Part shown: piece by piece, positions 1 to 11,830 of the stretch | Position numbering within the stretch: the stretch's first letter is position 1 | Layout: every line of letters begins with the position of its first letter | Source: Hypanus sabinus | Lineage: Eukaryota | Assembly (NCBI RefSeq): GCF_030144855.1 | Contig: NC_082719.1 | Span: 42,346,001-42,410,000 of the forward strand | Direction of reading: 5' to 3' | DNA: 64,000 bases | Translations under genes and position numbers: made by a program | Notes under the pieces: generated by a model | What the model saw: the letters and a program-made list of their open reading frames with translations, nothing else | What the model was told of the DNA's origin: nothing | Database searches by the model: none

Positions 1-562
1 ACAGGCAATCAAAGAACTTTTAGTGGGACCGGAGAAAATCACATGGAAGGCACTCAAGGGCATTCTTGAAAATGTTCTGGACAACTACAGAAGACCAAAC
101 TATGTGTAGCTGGTTGACAGCATGCTTCAAGCAAACAAACCCATGAAGTGCAACATGTCATTAAAGATTCATTTTCTGCATTCCCATTTAGACTTCTTCC
201 TCCCTGCAAATCTTGGTACTGTCAGCGACGAGCATGGTAAAAGATTTCGCCCAGACATTGCAATCACGTAGAAATGGTGTCAGGGCAACTGGAATCCATC
301 AATGCTAGCTGATTATTGTTGGACACTGAGTACAAATGAAAATCATCAACAAAACATTTTTAGCTTAGTTGAACAGTTGCAAAGCTTCAGCACTATTATG
401 CAATTAAATGCATTATATTCAATAAAAGTTCCTTTCTGTTTCTCCACATTCATATGCTTTACAAGGAGGCTGAAATTATATTTGTGTTCAGCTCCAGCAT
501 TCTATCATAAACAAAGAAAAATTCTGAGGAAGTAACACTTCTAAAAAATTGGCAGTCCAGTG
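1..562 (+). mobile_element. Chapaev3-type (CMC superfamily) DNA transposon, decayed 3' end
   Basis: Frameshifted translation gives MKCNMSLKIHFLHSHLDFF..NLGTVSDEHGKRF..DI..QGNWNPSMLADYCWTL, matching the Chapaev3 transposase C-terminus. The element ends ...CCAGTG (CAC terminus) followed by TTA, fitting a 3-bp TWA target site. Confidence 0.75.
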
Positions 563-743
563 TTACTACTGGACTGCACACATCTGTCCTTGACTGCTAT
601 TAAACACCTGGCAGACCCTGTTTCCCAAGCTCCTTTTCCTGCTTATTTTTCAAGCATCAGCTATTACCATTTGGCTTCACATCTAAATCTCAAATTGATT
701 ATATATTTCAGAAATTGAAATTTATTTTATTTTATCCATCCAG

Positions 744-886
744 ATCCTGCCGTGTGAGTTTGTCTCCTTGCACATCCCACAATGTCTCCAAACCATTACC
801 AAACTAAACACAAATTGTTTGCTCCTGAGTTAAAATTGAGTGAAGATTCCGTTCCACAAGTGTTTGTGTTGCTATTAGTACTTAAG
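744..886 (+). CDS. Candidate exon (ATG at 782; MSPNHYQTKHKLFAPELKLSEDSVPQVFVLLLVLK), gene unknown
   Basis: T-rich tract plus CAG acceptor (741-743), acaATG with A at -3, and AAG|gtaatt donor. No recognisable homology. Confidence 0.2.
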
Positions 887-1234
887 GTAATTTAATTTAA
901 TAGTTTATATTAAACTGAGCAGGTTTCTTATTTAAGATTGTTTAATGTTAATGAGAAATTTCATCATTAGGAAAACAATGTAAATAATCATTCCCTCAAA
1001 TAAGGTGAATGGAACACAAGTGATTTTTTTTAACTTCACGAAAAGGAAGTATAATTAAATAACCAAACATTAAAAATGCATGGTCATCCAAGTTTGCTCA
1101 CTAGTCATTTTCATGAAGCACATTAGGTGTAACTCTTAACCATCCACCAAGATCACAGCAGAATTACTGAAATTCCTACATAAACGATAGGATGAAATGC
1201 AGCTCTGATTGTCTTGAAAGCTCTCCACTAAAGT

Positions 1235-1307
1235 TTGGTATGAAAAATAGCAACATTCTATTTTTCATACCAACATATTCAACAATTCGTTTGCTTGTTG
1301 AATATGT
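1235..1307. repeat. Two abutting perfect inverted repeats (16-bp and 13-bp stems)
   Basis: TTGGTATGAAAAATAG(1235-1250)/CTATTTTTCATACCAA(1258-1273) and ACATATTCAACAA(1273-1285)/TTGTTGAATATGT(1295-1307). Confidence 0.95.
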
Positions 1308-1959
1308 ATGAAGCCGAAGACCAATAGTTGCAGAAGAAATTGATAAGGGATTTAAAGTGATAATGGAATATTTTGTTCTGTTCCTGGGAAATAAACCATT
1401 GAAGCAACATTGAATGGGTACAGATGCTGCAGAGTGCACTATGCTCAGTTGTGTTCGAGCAGAAGAAATCTCAAGTACGCCAGGGACATGTTGATAGTAA
1501 TAGAGCAAAGAAATGAAAATATATTTAAAATACAGTTTTTTTTCCTGGTGAAAACCAAAGACCTAAGCCTCTTAAACATGTTCTTCCACTATTCTCTCAC
1601 TGGATTTGTATTGAATAGAGAAACTGACCTATTACTCATGCAGTAGCTGAAAGAAAGAACCTGATCAGTCTCAGAAGTTTCATATGAAGTCAATCCCCAC
1701 ATTTTTATAGTTATTTTTCATATTGTTATATGTGGGTCATAAAACTGGATTTGTTAGCTAAATTTAAATAACATCTATTCATAGTTCATAAAATAATTCT
1801 CATACCACAATCATGCTAACATTATGTAGGAAAATTTTAGAGAAATTAATCCAAGGAAAATTGATCCTACTTGGAAAAATATGTTTCAATAATACAACCA
1901 GCATATACTTGCCTTTTAAAGCCAAATGATGCTTAACCAAAAAAATTGTGGCTCAACAA

Positions 1960-2260
1960 AGTAATGAGAAAGTTGATGGTAATACTGTAGTGTATTTGAT
2001 TTTGCCTGGATTGACATCTGAAAATGTTTGATAAAATTCTGCAGAATAGCTTTATCTGAAAGTTTAAAAATCTTTCTTTTAGATAGGCTTCAGAAACATA
2101 AACAAAAAAACTGATTAAGAAAGCAAGAGTGATCATGAAAGTGGTTTCACCAAACTGAATTACTTAGTGGTGTTCCCCCAAGAATGATATTTGGATAACT
2201 GCTCATTTTAATGGATATTAATAAGCTGTATTCATTTCAATTCTTTACAGATTAAGCAAT
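1960..2260 (+). mobile_element. Ancient CR1 LINE RT fragment
   Basis: Degenerate 'VY.DF..FDK' and 'SGVPQ..LF..IN.L' motifs. Further decayed CR1-like sequence at about 2700-3000. Confidence 0.55.
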
Positions 2261-2299
2261 TTCAGACAAAAAGAAACATTGGTAAATTTAAATTGGTCA

Positions 2300-2695
2300 A
2301 TTAGTTCATTATTGTCACATATACCGAGTAACAGAGAAAATCTGCAGATGCTGGAAATCTGAAGTCCTGAAGAAGGGTCTGGGCCTAAAACGTTGACTGC
2401 TTACTCTTTTCCATAGATGCTGCCTAGCCTGCTGAGTTCCTCCAGTATTTTGTGTATATTGCTACAGAGAAAAATGTTGTTTGCACGTCATCCATACAGA
2501 TAATTTCATCACATCGTTACACTGAGGTGGTACAAGAGAAAACAGAATGCAGAAGAAAGCCTTACATTTGCAGAGAAAGTGCAGTGTAGACAGATGGTAA
2601 GACCAAAACAAGGTACCTTATGAAGTCTTATTGCTCTGTACTACTTCCACAAAATAACCAATTTCATAACATATGCCAATGAGAATAAAACTGTT
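2300..2695 (-). mobile_element. Rex1/Babar LINE 3' tail fragments (host of the Penelope mini-insertion)
   Basis: ttattgtcacat...cagagaaagtgcagtg matches the tail at 56770-56980. Confidence 0.6.
2331..2463 (-). mobile_element. Penelope-like pLTR mini-insertion with internal inversion and a decayed hammerhead
   Basis: Terminal ~30 nt of the pLTR on the - strand (2331-2361) joined to the rest on the + strand (2363-2463). ACAGAGAAAA is duplicated at 2331-2340 and 2464-2473. Ribozyme remnant agtc-CTGAAGA-agggtctgggcct-AAAA-cgtt-gact. Confidence 0.85.
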
Positions 2696-4747
2696 ACAAA
2701 TTTTAGAAGAACAATAACAGAAATGGCAAATTAAATATTACATATCAGGAATGAATTAGGGTACTTTCATAGGAAAGGAAGAGAGAAGCAGTATAAATTT
2801 AGTGTAAATTGAGGTATACAATGGGAAAGGAAAAGGAAGATTGTAAATGGCTGGAAGTGGTAGGATTAATTGACAGGGCTAATAAAAAGCAAATAGATTT
2901 CTAGCCTTAGTAAATAAAGTCACAGAGTTCAGAAGGTTGGAGATTATGCTGAACTTTTCTATAGCTGGTATATGAATACAGTGGAGTACAAGGCTATATG
3001 TTTCCCTGAAAGAGAGAATAGTGCAAAACATGACAACTCACAATCTTATTGCCTCAGTAATGTTTTTATGTCCTGGGAAAAAGTTTGGCTACCCTTTCCT
3101 TGTCCTACTTCAGAAACACCCTGAAGTTGATGGGTTCCCAGCATTGCGTTAACCTCCCTAGACATAACCTTCATATTCATCCAGTACAGGACAATATGAA
3201 ATCCAGGGTGACAGGGTTTCAATTATGTAGAGAAAATTTAACAACTTGGATATTTGCTCTGCAGCAAAAAGTGCTAAGCGAAGATTTGACAGATGTGCCA
3301 ATAATCATGAAAGTTTTTTAAAAGGAACGAATTTAAGATAAACAGCCGAAGGAATGGAAGGAACTACTCTTCATAAAAGTAATCAGAATTGCATGATGAA
3401 AATAATGATTGAAGTAACTACATCAGTTGTTATAAAAAGATAATAGGACAAACACTTGAAAGCTGCAAAAATTGGATGTAAAGAGAACATTTCAGATTTA
3501 GATTTATTTACCTCAGGTGTTTTGAAACATACAGTGAAACTTGTCAGTTGTGTTAACAACCAACACACCCAAGGATGTGCTGGGGGAAGCCGCAAGTGTC
3601 GCTTCACATACTGGTGCTAATATAACATGGCCAGAGTAGCATAGAACACAACGAAACAGAATATACTAAGCGACAAATCAACAACACCCACACCAGCCCC
3701 TTTCCTCCCTCCCACCCACACTCCCACATACATTTACATCCTCTGTGGTCTTATAGTAGAAAGTTGGAGCAAACCCAATGGGCCAAATGACCTAATTCTG
3801 TTCTTATGTCTTATGGTCTTATGGACCATTCTTTCAGCCTCCAGTGGACGTGTGAATTCACAGATATTGGGACTTCTGCTTCCCCAGCAGACTAACAGAC
3901 CTTCACAGACTTGGGGATATGTCCATTGAGCCTCAACATCTGGACTTTAAATCAACCATTAGGCTTCAATCTGGACTTCCAATTGCCCTTTGGGCTTCAG
4001 TCATCAGTATCAAACCAAGACTTGCTAATGACAATGAGTGAGTACCCTGGGTAAAAACCCAAACTCCAGGCCACAAAGTCCAGACTCACTGTTCACATAC
4101 ACTGTTGCTTTTGCCTCCTACCTTCATAGAACTCCGATCCCAGAATACACCAACATCTCCTCGTCTGCTGACCCAACGTCTGACCACATCCCTGTTCTTG
4201 CTCTTTGAATGTGGAGCAGAGGCTTAGATTCTAGAATGTCCTCTAATTCCTCCATATCCTTGTTCCTAAACCCTAATTCTCCTCTCTGATCCCAAAACAT
4301 GCCTTTCATCTTAAAGAAATCTAAAATAAAGAGAAGGACAGTGGGATTAATCCAACTCATGTTTCAAGGAATTGGCACAGGCACAATGGGATTGGATACT
4401 TCCTTCTTTCCTGTTTTATTCCATGATTCCTCTGATGGAAAATATTTGCTGTTTACATGTGGATAAATCAAGAATTTAATCTATGGATTTAAAATTGCAC
4501 ATTTAATGTTAAGGATCTCTGGTCTTGAACACCATGTCCTTCAAAAGGATCTCTTTACTGAGAGCATGATTGCAATCCAGTTTAATATTTAGCTGCCAAG
4601 ATAAATGGAAAATAATTACTTACTAGTTTTTAACTGTGGTTTTAAATGTTACTAATTCAGTAAATTTAGGATGGGAAAAGTCGGTTGAAACTTGCATGTT
4701 CTAAATTTCATCTCAGGTTAATATTGGAGTTCTGAACAGGCATTGGA

Positions 4748-4945
4748 CGGCTGGTGGTGCAGTGACATCAGCGCCAGACTCCAGAATGGAGTTTCCTGGA
4801 TTCGATTCCAGTCGGGCCATTCCCTAGTGAATGAGTGAATGAGTGCCTTTGAAAAAATAAAGAAAAATACTGCAAAGTGTCTGGTGAGGAGTGGAGCGCT
4901 ACAGTCTTTCATTCCGTGCATTGTAAGGCATGAACATGCCTGACG
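4748..4945 (+). mobile_element. tRNA-derived SINE
   Basis: A-box-like TGGTGCAGTGA and B-box-like GATTCGATTCC at tRNA spacing, followed by a non-tRNA body. Confidence 0.55.
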
Positions 4946-5269
4946 CTGGCCTTTCTGGCCTGAATCAACATCATCATCAAACAGGAATATTCTGCCATAC
5001 TCAACATATACACAGGCCAAATACCTGTTCAAAATTGATTCTCAGAATGTCTTTTCACCACCCAATCCAAATTAGTGTTCATTAAAAGATAAGTAAATGT
5101 CAAAATTATGTCGATTTCACATTCTTTTTATATCTGGAATGCTGCTAAAAGCAATCCAATTCTTCACTTAGAATTTGCTGGTGTGGGAAAATTTAAGATT
5201 CATAAAAGAAGGAGAAAAGCAGAATAGAAAAGTGATGATGTTTATGCTACAACCCTGTGCTCCCCATAG

Positions 5270-5389
5270 AAGAGGAGGGAAAGGATGTTCATCTTCACTA
5301 AAGGTGCACTGACAATATTCAAAAAGTTTGCAAATGGGAGAGAAATTAGAATATTTAATTCCATCTCTCAGTGGAAAGAAACCTTTGAG
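5270..5389 (+). CDS. Candidate 120-nt phase 0-0 exon (KRRERMFIFTKGALTIFKKFANGREIRIFNSISQWKETFE), gene unknown
   Basis: ctccccatag| acceptor and GAG|gtaata donor, with an open frame of exactly 40 codons. A broken paralogous copy lies 1.27 kb downstream. Confidence 0.3.
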
Positions 5390-6116
5390 GTAATAAAGAA
5401 GACTATTAGTTGCTGTTAGTTGCACTTTAGTAGAATTAGTGCCTTTGACAAAATAACAAAATATTTAATAGTATCTTAGCAATAGGTCTGATACACAGCT
5501 TTTTATGGTATTTCAACTAAATTGACTCTAATAACTTCTGAAATATGACGCAATGCCAGTCTTATATAGGGGAGAGAAAGAAAGAAAAAAATGGATTGAA
5601 ACAGAAATGTCCATGACATTTAATTAAAGCAAACTATAAAAATGATAGCACAAATGCATCATTCTTCACAGCTGCCAGTATGGTTTGACAGCTCTGTACA
5701 CATTCATGAGTAAGTGTAGAGCAGCTGGTATTCAGAACCTATTTTATTTTCAGTCGCTTTGAGCAAGATTATGGCTGTGGGTTATTCAGAACACTCCTGT
5801 CCTTGCTCATTAGATTTGCAAGGAATGAGGAAGGGGAAAGCTAATGCCACTGGCTCCTTTTCAATTGTGGAAATATCCTCAAAACTGAGGCTCCAGAGTT
5901 GATCTGAAGGAAAGCTTGTTTTTGATGATATGCTTTTTTTTTACAATCTGTCAACCTATTTTATGTTAATGACAACTACTATTAGTTTCTGCTCTCAAGA
6001 TCCATTCCATCCAAGTTATTTTAATCCCCCTACCTACATCAACCTTGTTTCATAATGAATGTCCGATTTCTACTTTTGCAGAGGAGATGGTGCTTTCAAA
6101 TCAGGCATCCTGACTT

Positions 6117-6375
6117 TAGAACGTAGAACACAGTACAGCACAGAAATAGCCCCCTTGGGCCACAGTCCTGTACCAAACTAATTAAACTTGTAATTAGATG
6201 CCTAACTAAACTAATCCCTTTGATGTCCATATCCCCCCATTCTCCACATACTCATGTGCCTTTCTAAGGCCCTGTTAAATCTCTCAAACTTGCTTTCACT
6301 ACCACACCAAGAAGCATATTCCAGGCAACTACCATTTTCAGTGTAAGAACTAACCCCTCAGATCTTTGAATTTTC
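6117..6375 (-). mobile_element. CR1 LINE 3' end
   Basis: tagaacacagtacagcacag..cccttgggccaca tail signature. Confidence 0.7.
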
Positions 6376-6558
6376 TTAGAGTATTACACTAAAAGTTAAT
6401 GGATTCACTTCTAACATTCCTGCAAATGTGAATTTGTTAGTCCTGCCAGTTACTGAGTAAAAGAAGCTTCTCTTGCCAAAACTCAGCAAAGATTTGCCAT
6501 GATATTTTGGCTTATGCTTGTACAGCACATCACATTCCCTTCCTGTGCTGGAACTTAC

Positions 6559-6664
6559 TTTGCTAAAAGTACACTGACAACATTCAAAATGTTTGCAATA
6601 GGGAGAGAAATTTAAATATTTCACTCCATCTCATAGATAGAAAGAAACATTTGAAGTAAGAAAG
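6559..6664 (+). pseudogene. Disabled duplicate of the 5294-5398 exon-like segment
   Basis: Colinear similarity over about 105 nt, with in-frame TAA and TAG, an indel, and a retained GAA|gtaag donor. Confidence 0.5.
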
Positions 6665-7419
6665 TGGAAGACTTTATCTGTTAGATTTTTTCTCTGCTAA
6701 CAACAGTAGAATGACAATATCTCTCTTGAAATATCTTTATTCCCTCACATCTTAAAACAGAAATTAAATATAGAAAGTAGCACGGCTTCTGTTGAATGAA
6801 AAATAGTGGTTGAACAATAACATTTGAAAACTAGACCCAATGGTGCTAAAAAGTATAGATAAATTGATTGTATTTTTAACAAAATTGAAAGGATCAACTT
6901 TAATCTTTCAAGGAGGTTGGTTACTTGAGCTTCCAAAGCCCCGGTTTAAATCCAAGAATTCAAATCAATGAGCAGCATAAAATGCACAAATAAAAATTGG
7001 ATTGACAGACAGATGCAGACAAAGTGGGAGCTTATAAACAATGGGGACACAATGGAGCAGTTCACAGAATAGAGTTAGCAGTGGGAATGAATCAAAACTG
7101 GAGCTGCATACGTTAAGAGAAAAGAGGTGAAAAACAGTTTCCTGTCAGATTGTGCTGCCCGATCTGACACTATATAGCTTGGGTGATACCAGAGTTAATG
7201 CCAACCAGTTGTCACCATTTAATGGAGTGCTAACCACTTGCTTAGCTGTGGTGGAGCCTGCTGCCATGAAAGTACAGATCAATTAATATTGTCAGTGATC
7301 TGTCAGGATTACACTACCAAACACTAATCTCAGGGGTTCTCCTCTCCACTCGGGATGTGGAGAGGCTGTAATGGAAACTCACCAGGCTGTCGCCTGGGAT
7401 GGAGTGCTTCAGAAACAAA

Positions 7420-7855
7420 GAGAAACTGGAGAGGTTGTATTTGTTTTGCTTGAGCCAAGTGGATGAGGAGAGCCCTAACAGAGATACAGATTATGAGGAT
7501 CATAGATAGAGGGGATACCGAATAACCTTTCCCCATAAAGCAGATGTCTAAAATCAAAGCAGACAGGTTGAAAGTGAATGGTAAGAAAGTTAGGAGAGAC
7601 TCTGAGGAAAAATGTTCTCACCCAAAAGGTGACTGCTATCGGGAAAAATGTGTCTGAGAAGTGGTGGACGAAGGTACTTCCGTGACATTTAAAGTACATC
7701 TGGACAAGCTTCTGAATCTCCGAGGCACCAAAGGCAGGTAAGTGGGATCAGTATAGTTGGATAGTAGTAAAAGGGATTGGCATTGTTGCTACATGGTTAC
7801 CATGGACACGGTAAGTGGTAGACCATATTTCTGTTCTGTTTGACTCTTATGATTT
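7420..7855 (+). mobile_element. CR1 LINE 3' fragment
   Basis: Decayed RT C-terminus and 'ctgttctgtttgactct' tail. Confidence 0.65.
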
Positions 7856-8391
7856 TAACTTCCCACATGCTTTTGGCAACATCTGATCCTCAATCAGTAC
7901 CACTTTTTCAGGGTTTTGGTACGTCACAATTATTTATTTAAGGGCTGCAAAGAACTACGTTGTCTATCCTGGGAATGAATGATAGTGTATGAATCCAATC
8001 CTGTTTCTAAAGAAACAATCAGTCACTATAAGTGAATTATTCTTCTTGGGGCTTTATAGTGTGCACCAAATGTTCCCAATTTGTTCTCAATGTGAAGCTC
8101 AATATGTTCTATATAAGTAAATGTTTGAAGCAATCAAATGGTTTAGAGAAGTTGAACATATCTTAAAATGCTAGAGGCTCTCATTCTTCACCACTTGGTT
8201 ATTATTAATCAAGAATTCTTACATTATTCCCCTTAGCATATGACTGCTAAATGGATAAAGCGCATCAGAAATTTACCGTCATTGCAAATGACATCACACC
8301 AGTGCCCCCCTCCCCCACATAGAACATCAGCATGAGAGGTTGGAAAGAGATTAGCAGGTTAACAGTTAGCAATTAGGCTACGATAGAAATA

Positions 8392-9245
8392 CAGAGCATT
8401 ATGGTTAATTGGGTCATCAGTTAATCAGGTCAGTTGCTTATTTGGAACAATTCTCAAAGAACAAAAACAAACCAAGAATATAGCTGGAATTTCCTTCATC
8501 TATGTGGGACCCTATGCCACTTCAGCGTAGCAGAAGACTGTTGCTGGACAGTCTGTAACTAGCATCAGTCACATGCACTGTGTGGCCATTAGACACAACA
8601 TTGTATTTTGAATGAATATCATCAGTAATATCATCTGTAGAGTGTGTTTGTGTTAAAAATCAGCAATTTTTGTCACTGAAAGTTGGCAAGAAACAAGCAG
8701 TACTGTTGAAGTACAGTACCATACAGTACAGTAAAAATTCAGAACTGTTTCTTTCATTGCAGTTTCAAGTATTCAGACTTGGAGATGCCAGAAATGGCTG
8801 AGGGTGAAAAGGAAATGACTTCACTACTTTAAAAAGTTAGAAACTATGAAGAATTTGAAGATATCAACAATCATCTTAAATGTTGCAATAGTAATGAAGA
8901 TTTCGAGGTTGCAAATTGTTGCCAGCACTGTATGCAGGCAATCCATTACCTGCACTAGGTGTCTATACTGATTTTGTTCATTTCCATTCAAGAGAATGCT
9001 ACACAGATGAATTCCTCCATCGATATGTATTAGGGACTAATACTTACAGTAGCATTATAGTACTGCAGTAGCAATGCTAGTGTTCCAGTTTGTTCTGTAT
9101 TTTATTTAAATATATAATTTGTTATTCAGTTTGTCTTTTTATACCTTTTTTACAATTTCCATGAAACTTTGGCTAACTATGGCAGCCACTTAATTGGACC
9201 AAAATGTGTTGGTCCTGATGTGTCCCAGTTAACCAAAATCCACAG
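8392..9245 (+). mobile_element. Tigger/pogo-like non-autonomous DNA transposon
   Basis: Flanked by TA on both sides. Imperfect ~25-bp terminal inverted repeats (cagagcattatggttaattgggtca / tgtcccagttaaccaaaatccacag). Internal remnant IQNCF.HC.FK near 8737-8770. Confidence 0.7.
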
Positions 9246-9769
9246 TATTTTATTTCCTTGATCTTACTAAACCCAAAAATAATTCACAACAATTATTGCA
9301 GAAATTATTAAAGTTAAAATCCTTAAACAAAAAAAAATTGATTCATCTATTTTAAACAAACTGCTCCCACCATATATCATTAACATATAATAAAGACTGC
9401 ACATTAGTTCAGTGAGTACATTTCAAAAGAAAAATCTCTGGAGTTAGTGATGTTCCAGAGGACTGATTTAAACAACCTTGTTCATTTATGAGCTTTATAA
9501 AGAATCATCAACTACTTTCAGATGAATTACTGAGTGCTCGTTCACACCGATTTGGTGCTTTCAGTGTTTTAAGATTGCCAAAGTCCACAGATAGTGGTAC
9601 ACTAGGAACCAAAGGAGAGTGTCTTGTCTATATCCTAAATGAGCAAATCAAATTTCTCACCAATGATTTCAAAAAGGCGTAAAGTGCTTCTGTAGTAGAT
9701 GTTTCAAGCATAATTCCTGCTTTCCCATCTCTCTTGACAATGTTAGTTTATGAGTGGGGTAATTGCTCA

Positions 9770-10570
9770 TAGTCATAGAGCCATAGTTACGTGCATGGAA
9801 ACAGGCTTTCAGCCCAGCTAAGATGCCTATCTGAGTTAGTCCCATTTGCCTATTTTCGGAACATTACGTTCTAAATCTTTCCAATCCATGTACCTGTCTA
9901 ATTGTCTTTTAAAAGCTGTTTTTGTCCCTGCCTCAACCATCTCTTCAGGCAGCACATTCCACATTGATACCTTTTTTACCTTTGGTTAAAAAAAGTCCCT
10001 CCAGTTACTATTAAATCTTCCCCGTCTCACCTTAAACCTATACCCTCTAAATTTTGATTCCTCAGCTCTTTGCCATCATGATTTTATACACCTCTATAAG
10101 ATCACCTCTCAATCTCCTATGTTGTAAGTAATAAAGACATAGACTCTCTTACCTCTACCTATAACTCAGACTCTCAATTCCTGGCTGCATCCTTGTAAAT
10201 ATTTTCTGCATCTTTTCTCTAGCGGAACAAACTAAACCGAATACACACTGCAAATGTGGCTTCGCCAGCATCCTGCACAACTGCAGCATTACTTCCCAAC
10301 TTTTATACTCAATGCCTGACTTACGAAGACCAGTTTTCTGAAAGCCTTCTTCATCACCCTGTCTACCTGCGATTCCACTTCAGTGAATTATATTCTTGTA
10401 CTCCAAAGTTCCTCTGTTCTACAACACTCACCAGGGTCCTACTATTCACTGTGGAAGTTGTATCTGAATTTGACTCTCCAAAATGCAAAGCCTTGCACTC
10501 ATCTGAATCAAATTCCATTTGCCTTTGTCAACCAACTTGCTGAACTGGTCAAGATAATTTGATAATCTCC
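9770..10570 (-). mobile_element. CR1 LINE 3' fragment
   Basis: CR1 tail plus antisense RT C-terminal sequence. Confidence 0.75.
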
Positions 10571-11409
10571 TTCATTGTTGTAATGGGCTGGCTTGATCCG
10601 ACCCAAAAATTCGAGTGTGGTAATAAGCATACAAGCACAACAAATTAAGCCTAATTTATTATCATAAAGTAGAAAGCTCAAATAAACCTCACAAAATACG
10701 ATGTAGCAAGTCACAAAGATTTCTAAAAGGATTCAGGGATCATGCATCTCAGTCAGCACTTGCTTGTCGCTGTTGTCAGAGGAACTTTGAATTCCGACTC
10801 ACTCATGAAACCACTCAGGGCATCGATTTAGGCAAAGTCTAAAGAACTGAGGGTAAGGTATCCCAATAACTTTAGTTCCACAAGCATAGAGAGACACATA
10901 GAGACAGGCAAACTCTTTGACCTTTTGATCTCATTCCATTAATTCAGCCTGGCTTCTTTCATTCAAACAATGGATGTGTTCATTAGCACAGTGTTCAGCA
11001 CACCCTTAAAAGTCAATTAGACACTTTCATAGTCACTCCTTATCTAGCAGTCTGCCAATGTTTTGGATTTTAACATTCCTTTAGTTACAAACAAACAATA
11101 TTATCTATAGGCGATAAGCTTAAATCCAGTAAAGAAACCATCAAGTCAATTTGACAGGCACTAAGAAAGAATCCATCAACCTAGTGACCAGCAAGTATTT
11201 AGGCATCAACAAGCATCCTCATGCTAATGGTGCCTGACACTAAAGACAGAATCTAGTTGCTATCAACAAGCATTAGACATCAGAAAACCTGCAGTGTTTG
11301 CTTGTACCGACAATTTACATGCAGCAAGTTCACAAAGAGATAAATTGTCATTTTGAACTGTTCAGACATTCACCTAGTATTTTACAAAATTTAATAGAAC
11401 ACAATTGTC

Positions 11410-11660
11410 TGTCATACCAACTATTTTAGCATCATCTGCAGATTTACTAATGATGCCCTGTACGTTCTCATCCACATTGCTGATATAGATGACAAACATC
11501 AATTGGCCTAACACCAATCACTGAGACACACCACTGGTGGCAGGCCTCTGAACCATGAAACACCATCAGCCACTGCTTTCTCCCATCGAGCCAATTGCGT
11601 ATCCAAGAAGCCAGCTCTCTTTAGACTCTATGCGATGTAACTTTCCAGAGCAGCTTAACT
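11410..11660 (-). mobile_element. CR1 RT fragment
   Basis: Antisense of the 'SGV.Q.LVLG..MFVIYI' and 'SK.ADD.K' motifs. Confidence 0.6.
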
Positions 11661-11699
11661 TATTGTTGTGACACCATGTTCAACTCCCATGATGGAAAA

Positions 11700-11830
11700 T
11701 CAGAAAGCTGCAGGTGCTGGAAATGAGAAACAATAACAGACAGAACTAGAAGGAATCATCAGATCAGTCAGCACCAGTGTAACGTAAAACAGAGTTACTA
11801 CCTTTATGTTGAAGCCCCATCATCAGAACT
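11700..11830 (-). mobile_element. Old Penelope pLTR with a hammerhead relic
   Basis: ctgcaggtgctggaaat tail. The - strand reads AGTT-CTGATGA-tggggcttcaacat-aaag-gtagt-AACT. Confidence 0.55.

Noticed and set aside
1176-1508. 110-aa minus-strand ORF
   Set aside because: Non-ATG start and no homology recognised. It overlaps the double hairpin, which is better explained as a non-coding structure.
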